Shown: positions 18,531-29,817 of the stretch, piece after piece
Layout: each line of letters starts with the position of its first letter
Numbering within the stretch: position 1 is the stretch's first letter
Assembly (NCBI GenBank): GCA_965652295.1
Contig: CBFGTS010000018.1
Span: 1 to 64,000 of the forward strand
Source: an uncultured Haloferula sp.
Lineage (GTDB): Bacteria; Verrucomicrobiota; Verrucomicrobiia; Verrucomicrobiales; Akkermansiaceae
Reading direction: 5' to 3'
DNA length: 64,000 nt
Notes under the pieces: generated by a model
Told to the model about the DNA's origin: nothing
Databases searched by the model: none
Seen by the model: only the letters and a program-made list of their open reading frames with translations
Translations under genes and position numbers: made by a program

Positions 18531-20594
18531 ATGACCCTTGAGGAGGCAAGAGCGATTCTGGGCATTCCGTCGGACCTCCCTGCCGATGAAGCCCTGAAAA
18601 AGATGGCCGACGCCCGCGAGCGCCTGGCTGAGATGGTGCGTACCTCGCCGACCGAAAAGCTGGCCGGGCAGTTCCAGTCGGAGCTTGAGCGTTTCGATCA
18701 GGCCATGGCCGCGCTCAGGGAAGAGGCCGAGAGGCGACGTTACGAGAAGCTGGCCGGGGTGATGGCTCTGGTGCCCGGCGCGGTCTCCGGCTCCCACGTC
18801 CGCTCGAAGCGCGAAGGGTTCCTCGACGAACCCGCTCCGCCGAAGCAGGGGCGATCTCCGGATGCCACCCAAGTCGTTCCGCCGCCGTCGTCGCCGCCGC
18901 CGCCTCCTCCGGCAAGGCCTGTCGAGCCGTCCGACGAATCAATCGGCGAGCCGGAGCGGAGGTCTTCGAAGGGCCGTTTTGTCAGCTACGCGATCATTTT
19001 CATGGTGATCGGCGGCATTGCCGGCGGTTGGCTTTACACTCAGATCGAGAAGGAGCGCGCCTTGCGCAGGACGACGGAGATCATGTTCCTCGAAAAGCTC
19101 GGCGCGGGACTGGTGAGCACCCGGCGCTGGGATGAGGCAGGCAAGGCGTATCTTCGGATCGAAGAGCTGGAGCCGGGTTCCGAGATCGCGCAGCGGGGTC
19201 GCCGCAGCATTGAGGTGGGAATGCGCGAGGAGCAGGAGCAGTTCGTCGGCTACTGGTCCGGCGAGGCCCAGGCCGCCTTCGAGGCAGGGCGGCTGGATGA
19301 TGCCCGGGAGGCGGTCGAAAAGGTTCTGGAGCGCTACCCGACCAATAAAATCGCCAACGCGCTTGCCGGTGACATCCAGAGCGCGCGCCTCGACGCACTG
19401 CGTAAGACTCTCGGAGGGAAGATTCGCGAGGCGATCGAGAAGCGGGATTGGCAGGCGGCCGAAGCCGGCGTCGCCGAGCTGGCCAACGCGATCCCCGAGG
19501 ATGGTCTGATTACGGTGCTGGCGCGGGAGATCGCCATCGGGCGCGAAAAGGAACGAGCGGATCTCCAACGGGCCCGCGAGCTGGCGGCCTCGGCGAAGCT
19601 GCGGGATCCGGGGAAATTCGACCCCGAGGTGCTCGAATGGGCACGGGAAGCGCTCGCCCTCGCGCCTCACGATCCCGAAGTGCGTGCCATTTACGACAAG
19701 ATCGCCTCTTACAGCCGGACGCTGAATGTTCCGGCCGACGTCGAGTCGCTGGCGCTCGCCTTGCAAAGCGTTCGGCCGAAGGACCGCATCGTTCTCGGCG
19801 AAGGCACTTTCGAGGGCGGGGTCGTAATCAATGTCCCGATCCAGCTCGAAGGTTCGGGCGACGGGGAGTCGGTTTTGGAATCTCCCGCCGAACAGGCACC
19901 GACGATCACCTTTGGACCCGGAGCGAGTGGTTCGGTGGTGACGGGCATTTCATTCCGCTGCAAGGGATTCGACACCTCCGACGAACGCTACCCTGCGGTG
20001 CAGGTGCGCGGGGCCGCGGTGGAATTCACCTCCTGCGAGTTCAAGGAAGCCTCCGGCAACGGGTTGGAGGTGATGGACGGGGGCACGGCCACGGCGGTGC
20101 AGTGCACCTTCGAAGGAAACGGCTGGGACGGGTTCGCGGCCCGCGGAAAAGGCAGCCGCATGGTCGCCCGCCAGTCCCGCGCGATCTCGAACTTCGGACA
20201 CGGATTCGAAAGCTGGGACGGAGCCTCGGCGGTGATCCAGGAGTCGGAGGCACGCGGCAACAGTCGCAACGGCATTCTGGTGGATTCGGCGGCGGATGAT
20301 CTGGAAATCACCGGCAGCCTGGTGGCGGGAAATCGGGAATACGGCATTCTTCTCAGTGCCGGAGCGGCGGGCAAGGTCTCCGGCAACGAGTGTACCGGCA
20401 ACCGCCTCGGCGGGATGTTGGTCCGCTTCGCCGCCATGAGCGTGCTCGTGGAGGGCAATGAGATTGAGAAGAACTCGGGCGACGGACTGGTGCTTGAGCA
20501 GGGTCTCCGGGTGGACACCTACGAGTCGAACCGCCTGCGTGGAAACCAGGGACGCAACCTCCGCGACAACGTCAGCTTCGCCGGTGGCAACTGA
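18531..20594 (+). CDS. Membrane-anchored protein: J-like N-terminus, Pro-rich linker, TM, TPR-like helices, right-handed beta-helix C-terminus
   Basis: [12 protein letters not shown] start, PPPPP linker, hydrophobic [18 protein letters not shown], GNxxxG repeats. Confidence 0.8.
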   Translation: MTLEEARAILGIPSDLPADEALKKMADARERLAEMVRTSPTEKLAGQFQSELERFDQAMAALREEAERRRYEKLAGVMALVPGAVSGSHVRSKREGFLDEPAPPKQGRSPDATQVVPPPSSPPPPPPARPVEPSDESIGEPERRSSKGRFVSYAIIFMVIGGIAGGWLYTQIEKERALRRTTEIMFLEKLGAGLVSTRRWDEAGKAYLRIEELEPGSEIAQRGRRSIEVGMREEQEQFVGYWSGEAQAAFEAGRLDDAREAVEKVLERYPTNKIANALAGDIQSARLDALRKTLGGKIREAIEKRDWQAAEAGVAELANAIPEDGLITVLAREIAIGREKERADLQRARELAASAKLRDPGKFDPEVLEWAREALALAPHDPEVRAIYDKIASYSRTLNVPADVESLALALQSVRPKDRIVLGEGTFEGGVVINVPIQLEGSGDGESVLESPAEQAPTITFGPGASGSVVTGISFRCKGFDTSDERYPAVQVRGAAVEFTSCEFKEASGNGLEVMDGGTATAVQCTFEGNGWDGFAARGKGSRMVARQSRAISNFGHGFESWDGASAVIQESEARGNSRNGILVDSAADDLEITGSLVAGNREYGILLSAGAAGKVSGNECTGNRLGGMLVRFAAMSVLVEGNEIEKNSGDGLVLEQGLRVDTYESNRLRGNQGRNLRDNVSFAGGN

Positions 20595-20633
20595 CGCGCT
20601 TGACCCCGCCGCGGCACCTCCGTACGTAGCGGC

Positions 20634-21350
20634 ATGACTCCGCTCTACGAAGGCAAGGCCAAGCGTCTGTGGGCCACCGATGACCCGAACGTGCTCCGCA
20701 TGGAGTTCAAGAACGACGCCACCGCTTTCAATGGCGAAAAGAAGGCCAGCTTCGAGGACAAGGGACGGCTCAACAACGCCATCAGCACGCTCATCTACGG
20801 TATGCTGGAGAAGGAAGGCGTTCCGACCCATTTCGTGCGCCAGGTGGACGAGACCAACGTCGAGGTCCGCAAGGTGGAGATCCTGATGGTCGAGGTCATC
20901 GTCCGCAACCTCGCGGCCGGCAGTTTTTGCAAGCGGACCGGCGTCGAGGAGGGGCGGGCATTTTCCCGACCGATCGTGGAGTTCTCGATCAAGAGCGATG
21001 AACTCGGCGACCCGCTGGTCAACGACGACTACATCCGCGAACTCGGACTCGCTTCGGGGGGTGACCTCGCTTTCCTCCGTGAAGCGGCTTTGAAGGTGAA
21101 CGAGATTCTCATCCGCTTCTTCGGTGAGTGCGGCCTCAAGCTGGTCGATTTCAAACTGGAGTTCGGACGCTTGGCGGAGGACCCCTCGAAGATCGTCCTG
21201 GCTGATGAGATCAGCCCGGACGGCTGCCGTCTGTGGGACCTGAAGACCGGCGAGAAGATGGACAAGGACCGCTTCCGCCGCGACCTCGGCAACGTGATGG
21301 AAGCCTACGCCGAGGTGCTTGAGCGCGTGAAAAAGGCGACCTCGGCCTGA
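20634..21350 (+). CDS. purC: SAICAR synthetase
   Basis: LYEGKAK, VDFKLEFG, LADEISPDGCRLWD, DKDRFR. Confidence 0.98.
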   Translation: MTPLYEGKAKRLWATDDPNVLRMEFKNDATAFNGEKKASFEDKGRLNNAISTLIYGMLEKEGVPTHFVRQVDETNVEVRKVEILMVEVIVRNLAAGSFCKRTGVEEGRAFSRPIVEFSIKSDELGDPLVNDDYIRELGLASGGDLAFLREAALKVNEILIRFFGECGLKLVDFKLEFGRLAEDPSKIVLADEISPDGCRLWDLKTGEKMDKDRFRRDLGNVMEAYAEVLERVKKATSA

Positions 21351-23219
21351 TCACTCAAGTTCGAACAGATCGACCTTCAGCTGCTGGACGACCGCCGGGT
21401 CCAGCAGGAACGCGTCCGGGCGGAGATTGGTCGCAGCCATGTTTCCCTGGACGACGAGCTGGACCCGCTGCACGCCGGCGAACTCGGCGTCCTCGTTGTA
21501 TCTCCGGACGAGCATTTCGATCACCACGTCGGGGTCCTTCGAGAGGCTTGCAGCATCGATCTGGCCCGGCGGCAGCCAGTGGCTCGCCTTGAGTTCCAGA
21601 AGCCGCTTGAGCAGCTGGTTGGCGCGGCCCGAGTTCAGCTCCAGACTGCGATCCGCGCCATCGACCGCAGCCGTCCAGGAATCCGCCGCGAAATCGTAAA
21701 CGAACTGCTCCCGATCGCCGCCGCGGACCACCCGCGCCAAGCCGGCGACATCGGGCTGGCTGATTTTCCAGATCTGGGGGCTCCTCCACTCCCAGAGGCG
21801 GGTCGGGATGATGTTCAGAAGGGCGGGATCGATGCGTACGACGGTCGTCGTACCGGACCGGATCGCGTGCACCGCGCCCTGCTTGTCCTCGCCGAAGCGC
21901 AGCTCGACGCTGGAGTCGTCGAACCCCCGGAAACGCAGCACGAGGAACGGCTGGTCGAGCCCGTAGGGAGAGAGATCCGTCGCGGAGTCCGAGACGAATT
22001 CGGCCACCTTCGCTTCGCTGACGGAGCTGATCAGAGCGTAGAGCGCGGTTTCGTTCGGCTCTTCCGGTTGGCCTTCGACGAGTAGGGCAAAGCGCTCCTT
22101 CGGAGTGCTCCGGGTGATCCGGATGTCCTCGCCGGTGGCGGGGGAGATGAAAATGCTGCGGATTCCCTCGGGCGCGATGGATGTCAGCGTGGGGTCGCGA
22201 AGGGCATTGACGGACAAGGGCAGATCGCTGAGGGCCACCTGAATCTCGGGATTCGCTGGCTTGACCCACGGGAGCTCGAAGACCGCGGTGGGGCGATCAC
22301 TCACCACCGCCATGACCGTCTGGGAAACCTCCGTTTCCGGAGCGAAGATATCCAGCACCACTTCTTCTTCCGAGGTGAAAAACTTGAAGGCAATCTGCCG
22401 CCGTGCGCCGCCGTTCTCGGCCGGGAGGGTGACTTCATCCCGGTTGTGGACGCGCACCGCTTCCAGGTCATACAGCCCTTGAAGAAGCTTTCGGACGCTT
22501 TCCGGATCGGCCTTGAGGTCGAGGGGTTTGGTGATGCTCCACAAACCCGGGCTCGACTGGGCGAGAAGCATTTCCCCCTGGCTCGACTTGATCCGAAGGT
22601 GCTCGACGATGTTCGGGTGAAAGAGGAACGGATGGTGGTCCCGCAGCCGCCGGAAGCCATCACCCAGCAGCTGGTGGATGTCCTGCCGGTCGGTGCAGGC
22701 GTAGACGTAGTCCTTCCGACTGCGGTCCCGCGGCGCTACGAAGACGGTGGGAATCGGATCGCCGGTTTCCTCATCCGTGCCGAACCACGGCGTCTGGTGG
22801 CCGATCCAGAACTTCGCGAGCGGATCGTCCACGGCATTGGCGAAACGGAGGGCGATGCGGCCGTCCTCGAAGGCGATCGCGGAACTCTCGAGCTTGTCGG
22901 TCGGAATGCCTCCTTCGACGCGGGTCCCCAGAACGAATGCCATCAGATGCTGGGCCGCCCGTGGATCCATGCGGTCGGCCCATGGTGAAACCATCTGCCA
23001 GCCATTGGCGGTCCGTTGGCAGTGGGCACCCACTTTGTTTCCCGCCAGGTAGATATCGGTGACCTCCTGCGGATCGAAGTCGTAGAGCGGCTCGCCGATC
23101 TTCGTGGTCGGCTGGCCCAGGACGCGCGAGAGGTCGCCCTCACCGAAATACATCGCGGCCAGACCGACGGTGAGGCACGTCGCGAGGATCAAGACAAAGG
23201 TGACGAAGTAGGAGCGCAT
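21351..23219 (-). CDS. DUF4340-domain protein (ABC-associated)
   Basis: N-terminal TM, repeated W-x-I/M-x-x-P...AD motifs, DLSPYGLDQP; operonic with GldG/GldF-like genes. Confidence 0.8.
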   Translation of the reverse strand: MRSYFVTFVLILATCLTVGLAAMYFGEGDLSRVLGQPTTKIGEPLYDFDPQEVTDIYLAGNKVGAHCQRTANGWQMVSPWADRMDPRAAQHLMAFVLGTRVEGGIPTDKLESSAIAFEDGRIALRFANAVDDPLAKFWIGHQTPWFGTDEETGDPIPTVFVAPRDRSRKDYVYACTDRQDIHQLLGDGFRRLRDHHPFLFHPNIVEHLRIKSSQGEMLLAQSSPGLWSITKPLDLKADPESVRKLLQGLYDLEAVRVHNRDEVTLPAENGGARRQIAFKFFTSEEEVVLDIFAPETEVSQTVMAVVSDRPTAVFELPWVKPANPEIQVALSDLPLSVNALRDPTLTSIAPEGIRSIFISPATGEDIRITRSTPKERFALLVEGQPEEPNETALYALISSVSEAKVAEFVSDSATDLSPYGLDQPFLVLRFRGFDDSSVELRFGEDKQGAVHAIRSGTTTVVRIDPALLNIIPTRLWEWRSPQIWKISQPDVAGLARVVRGGDREQFVYDFAADSWTAAVDGADRSLELNSGRANQLLKRLLELKASHWLPPGQIDAASLSKDPDVVIEMLVRRYNEDAEFAGVQRVQLVVQGNMAATNLRPDAFLLDPAVVQQLKVDLFELE

Positions 23220-23230
23220 AGGTCGCGGGC

Positions 23231-24748
23231 TCAGGCGCGGCGGGACGACCAGACCAAGCCACCGATGGCCAGAATCAGGGCCGGCAGGAGAATGAGGTTG
23301 ACCCGGTTGATGAAGGTGACCTGCGGAGGTAGCAGCGGCAGCTTGTAGAGCCGGAGGTTCGCCGGCCCTTCGCCCGTCAGGTCATCGCGGCCGATCAACC
23401 AGTTCGCGCAGGATGAGAAGAAATCCAGGTTGGCCTGGCGCAGGTGATCGGGTGAGAGGAATTCGGTATTGCCGATGACCACCATCCGCGAGACCTGGCC
23501 GGCGAAACGATCGTCGGTGGAGTTTCCACGCACCACCGCGGCGGCCATTGCTGGCGCGACCGGCTCGGCGTTCTCGTCGCGCACGACCGGGGTGGCCGGG
23601 AAATCGCGATCGCCCCAGAACTGCTTGCCGGCGGTGAGAAGCGTGTAGGGCATGATCCGCTGGTTGAGGAGGTCGTCGGCATTCTCGCGGACTTCAAGGC
23701 TGCGGGTGTGGCCTTCCAGCAGGGTCGATTTTTCCGCGAGGTCGCGGAGGAAATCGAGGCCCTTGGTGAAGGTGGCGGTGACGGTGGTCTGCACCGTGTC
23801 GCCCTTGGTGGTGAGGACCCGGTCGGGTTGCGGGGTGACGCCGTAGGCGCGCAGGAAGGAACGCAGCCGGGGGGGCACTTCCTTGGTGCCGGTCGTGACA
23901 AGAACCGCGGATCGTTCCTGGCGCCAGTAGTTTTCGAGAACGGTGAGCTCCTCGGCGGAGAGGTCGTTGACCGCACCGATGATGGCCACGGCATCGACCT
24001 CGGCGGGCACTTCGTCGATCTCCGAGAGGGCGACCCTTTCGGCGAGGATGTTCTCGGTCGCGAGCTGGGTGACCAGCATGTTCCAGATGCCCTCGCTGCC
24101 GACGCTGGTCAGGTCGCTCTTGTCGGCGAAGATCCACATTCTCCGCGGCTTGCCTTCGATCGCGTTGACCAAACTGGCGCGCAGCGCTTCCTCGCCGATG
24201 AATCCGCGGACGCGTCGCTGGTTTTTCGAATCCGTATCGTAGACGACCATGTCCTCAAGACGGACGATCTGGACGTGCTTGCCAGGACTGGCAGGGGCCG
24301 GTTCTTCGGCGGCTTTCAGCGGTGAGGCATCGATGACGACCAGATCTTGCGAGAATTGGAGCCGGTATTCCGCGGCCAACGACTCCGCCTGGTCGTTCGC
24401 CCGGATGGGATCCATGAGAACCAGCTCGATCTTCCCTTGGGAAAGCCGGGCATACTCCTCGGCGATCGGGCGGATCTTCGCGTAGAACGGGGAGTCGGAA
24501 CGGAAGGCAACAATCAGACGGATCGGCGTTTCCCGGTTCTGAACCGCCTCCGATTCCAGATAGCGCTGGGTGGAAGGCGCGAGGGTGAAGCCCAGATCGT
24601 CGCTCAGGTCGAACGGCCGATGATACTGCGAGGCGAGGAAATTGATGGCCAGGAAGAGCAGGATCACGCAGACGATCTGGATGATCGACAGCAGGCCCAC
24701 GCGGAAGCGCCGGACCGGACGGGCGGAGGTGGTGGAATCTTCGGACAT
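23231..24748 (-). CDS. GldG-like ABC transporter auxiliary component
   Basis: FDLSDDLGFTLAPST, RMVVIGNTEF, N- and C-terminal TM ending WSSRRA. Confidence 0.85.
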   Translation of the reverse strand: MSEDSTTSARPVRRFRVGLLSIIQIVCVILLFLAINFLASQYHRPFDLSDDLGFTLAPSTQRYLESEAVQNRETPIRLIVAFRSDSPFYAKIRPIAEEYARLSQGKIELVLMDPIRANDQAESLAAEYRLQFSQDLVVIDASPLKAAEEPAPASPGKHVQIVRLEDMVVYDTDSKNQRRVRGFIGEEALRASLVNAIEGKPRRMWIFADKSDLTSVGSEGIWNMLVTQLATENILAERVALSEIDEVPAEVDAVAIIGAVNDLSAEELTVLENYWRQERSAVLVTTGTKEVPPRLRSFLRAYGVTPQPDRVLTTKGDTVQTTVTATFTKGLDFLRDLAEKSTLLEGHTRSLEVRENADDLLNQRIMPYTLLTAGKQFWGDRDFPATPVVRDENAEPVAPAMAAAVVRGNSTDDRFAGQVSRMVVIGNTEFLSPDHLRQANLDFFSSCANWLIGRDDLTGEGPANLRLYKLPLLPPQVTFINRVNLILLPALILAIGGLVWSSRRA

Positions 24749-25500
24749 CAGCGTTTCCAACGGCGGTAATCGACCACCTGGTAGGTGAAAAAGAGCACGG
24801 CCGCGGCGAGCGTGCCGTAGTAGACGAAGGGCCGGGTGTCGAGGTAGCCCTTGGCGAAGAACGACAGGTGGTCCTGACACGAGATGTAGCGGAAAATCCC
24901 GGCACCGCGGAAATCACCGCCCCAGATGACCGGGATGTAGCCGAAGAAATAGAGCAGCATCAGGAAAGCCAGCGTCAGCAGGCCGGCGATGATCTGGCTG
25001 GATGTCAGAGCCGAGGCGAAGCAGCCGACCGCGGTGAAGGCCATGCCCATCAGGAAAAGGATGGTGTAGGTCGCCGCCATTTCACCCGGCGTCCATGCGT
25101 CCGGGAAATCCGCCACCCAGCCGAAGAGGTGGAACTGGATGAGCGTGGGGGCCCAGGCGAGGAAGAAGAACACCAGCGCGGCCAGGTATTTCGAGAGCAC
25201 CACCTGCCAGGTGCGGACCGGCGCGGTGAGCAGGGTTTCGAGGGTGCCGGACTTCTCCTCCTCGGCGAAGAGCCGCATGGTGATCAGCGGAAAAATAAAG
25301 AGGAACCAGAACCAGAAAACCGGCGAGTGGAAGGTGACGAAGGTCAGGCTGTGCTGCGAAGGCGTGTCGATGAAGCCCTTCATCGCGGTGGAGATGCCGA
25401 CGCCGTTGGCGAGCGTGATGGCCGCCACCACAACCCAGCCGAAGGGGTTGTAAATGAAGCTCTTGAGCTCTTTGCGGAGCAGGATGAAAAGGATGGACAT
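24748..25500 (-). CDS. GldF-like ABC-2 permease
   Basis: LLRKELKSFI, PLITMRLFAEEEKSGTLETLLTAPV, SKYLA. Confidence 0.92.
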   Translation of the reverse strand: MSILFILLRKELKSFIYNPFGWVVVAAITLANGVGISTAMKGFIDTPSQHSLTFVTFHSPVFWFWFLFIFPLITMRLFAEEEKSGTLETLLTAPVRTWQVVLSKYLAALVFFFLAWAPTLIQFHLFGWVADFPDAWTPGEMAATYTILFLMGMAFTAVGCFASALTSSQIIAGLLTLAFLMLLYFFGYIPVIWGGDFRGAGIFRYISCQDHLSFFAKGYLDTRPFVYYGTLAAAVLFFTYQVVDYRRWKR

Positions 25501-25595
25501 GGGGAACTGGGAGCGTCGCCGCGGCGGGCCGCTTGCTTACGGAATGCGGACAGCCCGGGAAACCAAAAAAGCGGCTGATCCCGGCGGGGGGAGAT

Positions 25596-26231
25596 TCACG
25601 GCGAGAGCCGCTCGATCGACCAACCGTCGGCATGCCGCTGGTAAAGAAACCGGTCGTGCAGTCGCGCGGGCCCCCCTTGCCAGAACTCGATCGTCTCCGG
25701 GACGATGCGGAATCCACCCCAGAATGAGGGCAATGGCACCTCGCCGTCGGCGAATTTCCGCTTCAACTCGTCGAGCTTCTGGAGGAGCAGCTTGCGCGAG
25801 CTGATCACGGCACTCTGACTGGAAACCCACGCGCCAATCTGCGATTCGCGAGGCCGGCTGGCGAAATACTTCAGAGATTCCGTGGCGCTGATGCGTTCGG
25901 CCCGGCCCTGCACGATGACCTGACGCTCCAAGGTGATCCATGGGAACAGCAGTGAAACCCGCGGGTTCGCCGCGATGTGCCGGGCTTTCCGGCTCTCGTA
26001 GTTGGTGAAGAACACAAATCCCGAGGCGTCGAAGTATTTCAGCAGCACCGTCCGCTGCAGGGGCATCCCGTCCGGACTCACGGTGGCCAGGGACATCGCG
26101 TTGGGCTCGTGCAGGCCCAGCTCGACCGCTTGTTTGAACCACGTCTCGAATTGTCGCATCGGCTCTTCGGACAAATCCTCCCGGTGAAGCCCGCGGGCGG
26201 AGTATTCTCGACGGAAATCGGACAGGTCCAT
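25596..26231 (-). CDS. pdxH: Pyridoxamine 5'-phosphate oxidase
   Basis: [41 protein letters not shown]. Confidence 0.97.
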   Translation of the reverse strand: MDLSDFRREYSARGLHREDLSEEPMRQFETWFKQAVELGLHEPNAMSLATVSPDGMPLQRTVLLKYFDASGFVFFTNYESRKARHIAANPRVSLLFPWITLERQVIVQGRAERISATESLKYFASRPRESQIGAWVSSQSAVISSRKLLLQKLDELKRKFADGEVPLPSFWGGFRIVPETIEFWQGGPARLHDRFLYQRHADGWSIERLSP

Positions 26232-26355
26232 GCCCGACCAAAGCCGGTTTCCTGCTCCGATCCAGCCGGAAAGCCCGTCAGCTGCAAACGAATCGGACGG
26301 TTCCGGCAGAACCGGAACCGCCCGATCAGTCAATGACGCAGCAGCCGCAAGAGAG

Positions 26356-29046
26356 TCAGTTTTGGGTCACCTTGAGACGGGCGAAGAGGCGCGCTTCGGC
26401 GGTTGGCAGGGTGAAGGAAATGACGGTCGAGTCGTTGAGATCCGGCGTCACCACTTCCCAAGGATCGGCGATGCCGAGGTCGGTCGAGGTCTCGATTTCG
26501 TAGGTGATGTCGGTCCGCTGCCCGGCCGTTTTCGCGAAGCTCAGGGTCGAACCGTCGAAGCTTCCCGGTGAGCCGTCCGGGACCTGGGGATCGAGACCAA
26601 GCGCGTATTCCACGAGGTTTGAGATTCCGTCGCCGTCGTCATCGCCATCAGGGCCGAGGGTGACTTCGTTGTCAGTGACCCAGTCGGAGTAGCCGCCGCC
26701 GGAGGTGCCGGTGGGCGTCGCTTGTCCCGGCGAACCGACATCCGTGGTGGCAAACACCGGCCCGGTGGGACTGAAGGATTCGGCCCCGGAGAGGATCCAA
26801 TGGGTGCCGAGGTCGTTGTCGCTCGAGTTCATGGCCGAAGCAAGAAGGGCGGTGCTTCCCGCTCCGTCGTCCGCTGGCCAGATCGTGCCGTCGTCGTCCA
26901 GATCGACGATGTCGACCACGCGGGAAAAGCCATCGAGAATCTGGATCACTTCGTTTCCAATCCCCGGGCTGTTGGACAGGTTGCCCCAATCCACTCCGAT
27001 CACGAGGGCGTCCGCCGGAACTCCCCACTCGGAGCGGAAGGTCGTATCGTCGGTGAAGGTGCCATCGAAAATCACCGCAAACTGTCCGGCGGGAAGACTT
27101 CCGCTGCCGATGGTTCCCCAGTCGGTGGTGTCTTCGTCATCGAGCTTGTAGCCCGAGAGATCGACCGTTTCGGATCCGGCATTGTAGATCTCGATCCATT
27201 CGCCCACACCCGGACTGGATTCGTCCGAGGCGGGGTTGAACATGATCTCGGTGATCACCAGGTTCGCCATCGGCGGCAACACGTCGCCATCGTCCTCCAC
27301 GGTGACCGAGCCCGTGGCGTTCAAGTAGCCCGGAGCCATGGCGGTGATCTCGACCACGACATCGCCGTCCGGAAGGGCGTCGTCCACGGGGAAAGCATCC
27401 ACGTTCACCGAAGTTTCACCGGCGGGAAGGGTGACGGGCGTTTCGAGGATCAGGTCGGCTTCGGCCGAACTGGTCAGATGGATGATGAGGTCGTCATCCA
27501 GCGCGCTCGGGATGCTCAGGGTGAGCGCACCCTCGACGAACGCGGCGTTCTCCAACATGGCGGCCGTATTCACCGTGAGGCCCAGGTTGTCGGAAATCAG
27601 GATGAATGGCGTACCGTCGCTCCGGGTTCCGGGGCTGAAAGAAGCGGCCGCCAACGAGGTGTGCAACACGTAGCCCGAGGATGGGTCTCCGTCGGTCGCG
27701 AGCGTCAGAGATCCGCCGGCAGAGCTTGCGGTTTGATCGGGGAGAGGCAGCGCGAACACTTCTTGATCGAAGGTGTTCCGGATGAAGATGGTATCCGTTC
27801 CATTGTCGTTGAGGAAAAGGCCTCCATTGGTCGAGAGCTGGATCGGCGTGGTTCCAAAGCCGGCGGAACTTCCTTCGGAGATATCGCCGCCCGCGAAGAC
27901 CACGATCGCGCCGCCCGGAGGCAGCATGGTATCGGGGGGGAAGAGATGGATTGACCCGAAGGTGTCGAGCATCGTGTAGCCGGAGAGATCAATCGCAGAA
28001 GCCGTCGGGTTGTAGACCTCGATGAACTCATCCAACACCGGCGAGGATGTGTTGGTGACGCCATCGCCGTTGGCGTCCTCCATGCTCGCGTCCACCGCGT
28101 AGTAAACCTCATGGACCACCACGCTGAATGCGTCGGAGCCGTCATCGGTCACCATCAGAGTGACCGTGACCGGATCAAAGCCTGCGGCACTCGCGGTGAA
28201 GGTGACCGTCTGATCGCCGTCCGGCCACAAGTCGTCCAGCACGTCCACGGAAACCGTTCCACTCGCCTCGCCATCGGCGAGGGTCACCGTGGGGGATTGC
28301 ACGACGGCTTCACCGGGGTCGTTGGAGGAGACGTTGACGACGAGATCGCCCGCCGTGCCTCCGAGCCGTTCAATGGTGAGCGTGGCGACCCCGAAGCCGG
28401 CGTTTTCCGCCACTGACGAGGTATCGATGGAGATATCGAGCGATCCCACCAGTCCCAAGGCGTTGAGATAGAATGGATCCGCGGCATCGGCGGTATCCAC
28501 ATCCGCGTGGGCAATCTGCTGCCAGACCGAGGTGAAGCCGGTGATCGATGTGCCGGCCGTCAGATCGAAGCCCGGATCGTTGTTCAACCGATAGAACGAT
28601 GTGTTCGTTCCTTCACTGCCGGTGTTGGTGAATGACAGGGCGTCGACGATGTTGGCGGGATCGACGGAGCCGTTGTAAAGCACGATGCTGTCGTTGCCGT
28701 TGAAGTTGGCGACGGCTGCGGTGGTATCGCCCACCGCGTAAGCGGGTAACGCCGCTGAGCCATTGGCAATCAGGTAGTGGGCTCCGGGAGGAAGGCTCAC
28801 CGAGGTGAGATCCAGGATGGAGTTCGCGGAGGCCGTCGTGGCCGTCTTCCAGTTCTCGGCGGCGGCATTGGTCCAGAGTGTCAGTTGATACCCTGCAAGT
28901 GATACGGTGGAGGCACCGGTGTTCTGAATTTCGATCCATTTGTTATTACTGGTACCTTCGTAATACTGGGTGATGAGAACCTGACCGATGGAGGGGAGAG
29001 GGGTCAGTGCGGCGGCAACGAGGGGAAGCGCGGTTTTCAGATTCAT
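26356..29046 (-). CDS. Secreted lamin-tail-domain protein (3 LTD, Calx-beta-like linkers, C-terminal DxDGDG...FxRLxV domain)
   Basis: Signal peptide [17 protein letters not shown] motifs [22 protein letters not shown]...EFIEVYN...[14 protein letters not shown]...EWIEIYN...VDLSGY. Confidence 0.88.
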   Translation of the reverse strand: MNLKTALPLVAAALTPLPSIGQVLITQYYEGTSNNKWIEIQNTGASTVSLAGYQLTLWTNAAAENWKTATTASANSILDLTSVSLPPGAHYLIANGSAALPAYAVGDTTAAVANFNGNDSIVLYNGSVDPANIVDALSFTNTGSEGTNTSFYRLNNDPGFDLTAGTSITGFTSVWQQIAHADVDTADAADPFYLNALGLVGSLDISIDTSSVAENAGFGVATLTIERLGGTAGDLVVNVSSNDPGEAVVQSPTVTLADGEASGTVSVDVLDDLWPDGDQTVTFTASAAGFDPVTVTLMVTDDGSDAFSVVVHEVYYAVDASMEDANGDGVTNTSSPVLDEFIEVYNPTASAIDLSGYTMLDTFGSIHLFPPDTMLPPGGAIVVFAGGDISEGSSAGFGTTPIQLSTNGGLFLNDNGTDTIFIRNTFDQEVFALPLPDQTASSAGGSLTLATDGDPSSGYVLHTSLAAASFSPGTRSDGTPFILISDNLGLTVNTAAMLENAAFVEGALTLSIPSALDDDLIIHLTSSAEADLILETPVTLPAGETSVNVDAFPVDDALPDGDVVVEITAMAPGYLNATGSVTVEDDGDVLPPMANLVITEIMFNPASDESSPGVGEWIEIYNAGSETVDLSGYKLDDEDTTDWGTIGSGSLPAGQFAVIFDGTFTDDTTFRSEWGVPADALVIGVDWGNLSNSPGIGNEVIQILDGFSRVVDIVDLDDDGTIWPADDGAGSTALLASAMNSSDNDLGTHWILSGAESFSPTGPVFATTDVGSPGQATPTGTSGGGYSDWVTDNEVTLGPDGDDDGDGISNLVEYALGLDPQVPDGSPGSFDGSTLSFAKTAGQRTDITYEIETSTDLGIADPWEVVTPDLNDSTVISFTLPTAEARLFARLKVTQN

Positions 29047-29199
29047 GATCTCGAAAATGGAGATAGGAGCACGAGATGGGCCAGATGCGTGGGGAGATTC
29101 ATGCTCAATGCGAGACTTCGTCAAAAGTCACGACTCGTGGCATCTAAAAAACCGTGACCCTCTTGTCACGAAGACTTTGACCAGCGAATGATTTCGGTC

Positions 29200-29232
29200 T
29201 TGCAATACCTGAATTTTCAGTAAATACTGAAA
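29200..29232 (+). promoter_or_regulatory. sigma70-like promoter overlapped by a perfect 8-bp inverted-repeat operator
   Basis: TTGCAA(29200)-N17-AATACT(29223); TTTCAGTA-AA-TACTGAAA at 29215-29232, 5 nt before the ATG. Confidence 0.7.
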
Positions 29233-29237
29233 TCCTA

Positions 29238-29759
29238 ATGAGCGCGGAAGCCGGACGACTGAAGGAAGCACGGGACCAATTCGTGGCCCAGTGGGGGGCG
29301 CTGGGGACGCAGTGGGGGATCAACCGTACGATGGCGCAGATTCACGCGCTGCTGATGGTGACTCCGGGTTCCCTGAGCACGGACGAGGTGATGGAAGTCC
29401 TCGAAATCAGCCGCGGCAACGCCCATACCAACCTGAAGGAGCTGGTGTCATGGGGGCTGCTGAGGATCGTGGTCAGGAAGGGTGATCGGAAAGAGTATTT
29501 CGAAGCGGAGAAAGATGTATGGAAGATCTTCACCACGGTGGCCAGAGAGCGAAAGCGTCGGGAGATCGAGCCTGCTCTCGGAGTCCTGCGCCAGTGCGCG
29601 GAGGAGTCGAAGGAGATGAAGTCGGCCGAAGGAAAGCAATTCCACGAGCAGATGCGACAACTTGAAGAGTTCGTCGGCTTTGCCTCCAAGGTTGCGGACA
29701 AGGTGGGAGGGATGAAGCACGGGTTTGCGGTGCAGCTTGCCGCCAAACTGCTCGGTTGA
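29238..29759 (+). CDS. GbsR/MarR-family transcriptional regulator
   Basis: WGALGTQWGINRTMAQIHALL, ISRGNAHTNLKELVSWGL, GDRKEYF. Confidence 0.92.
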   Translation: MSAEAGRLKEARDQFVAQWGALGTQWGINRTMAQIHALLMVTPGSLSTDEVMEVLEISRGNAHTNLKELVSWGLLRIVVRKGDRKEYFEAEKDVWKIFTTVARERKRREIEPALGVLRQCAEESKEMKSAEGKQFHEQMRQLEEFVGFASKVADKVGGMKHGFAVQLAAKLLG

Positions 29760-29817
29760 AGGGGATCGGATCTGATGAACTTATGAAACTCGTGAATAGG
29801 CATGAAAGGAGCTGCGG

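Noticed and set aside
29110..29182. GTCA/GTGAC repeats upstream of the LTD gene as a Pho box
   Set aside because: Spacing is irregular and the match to the 11-bp repeat consensus is weak.
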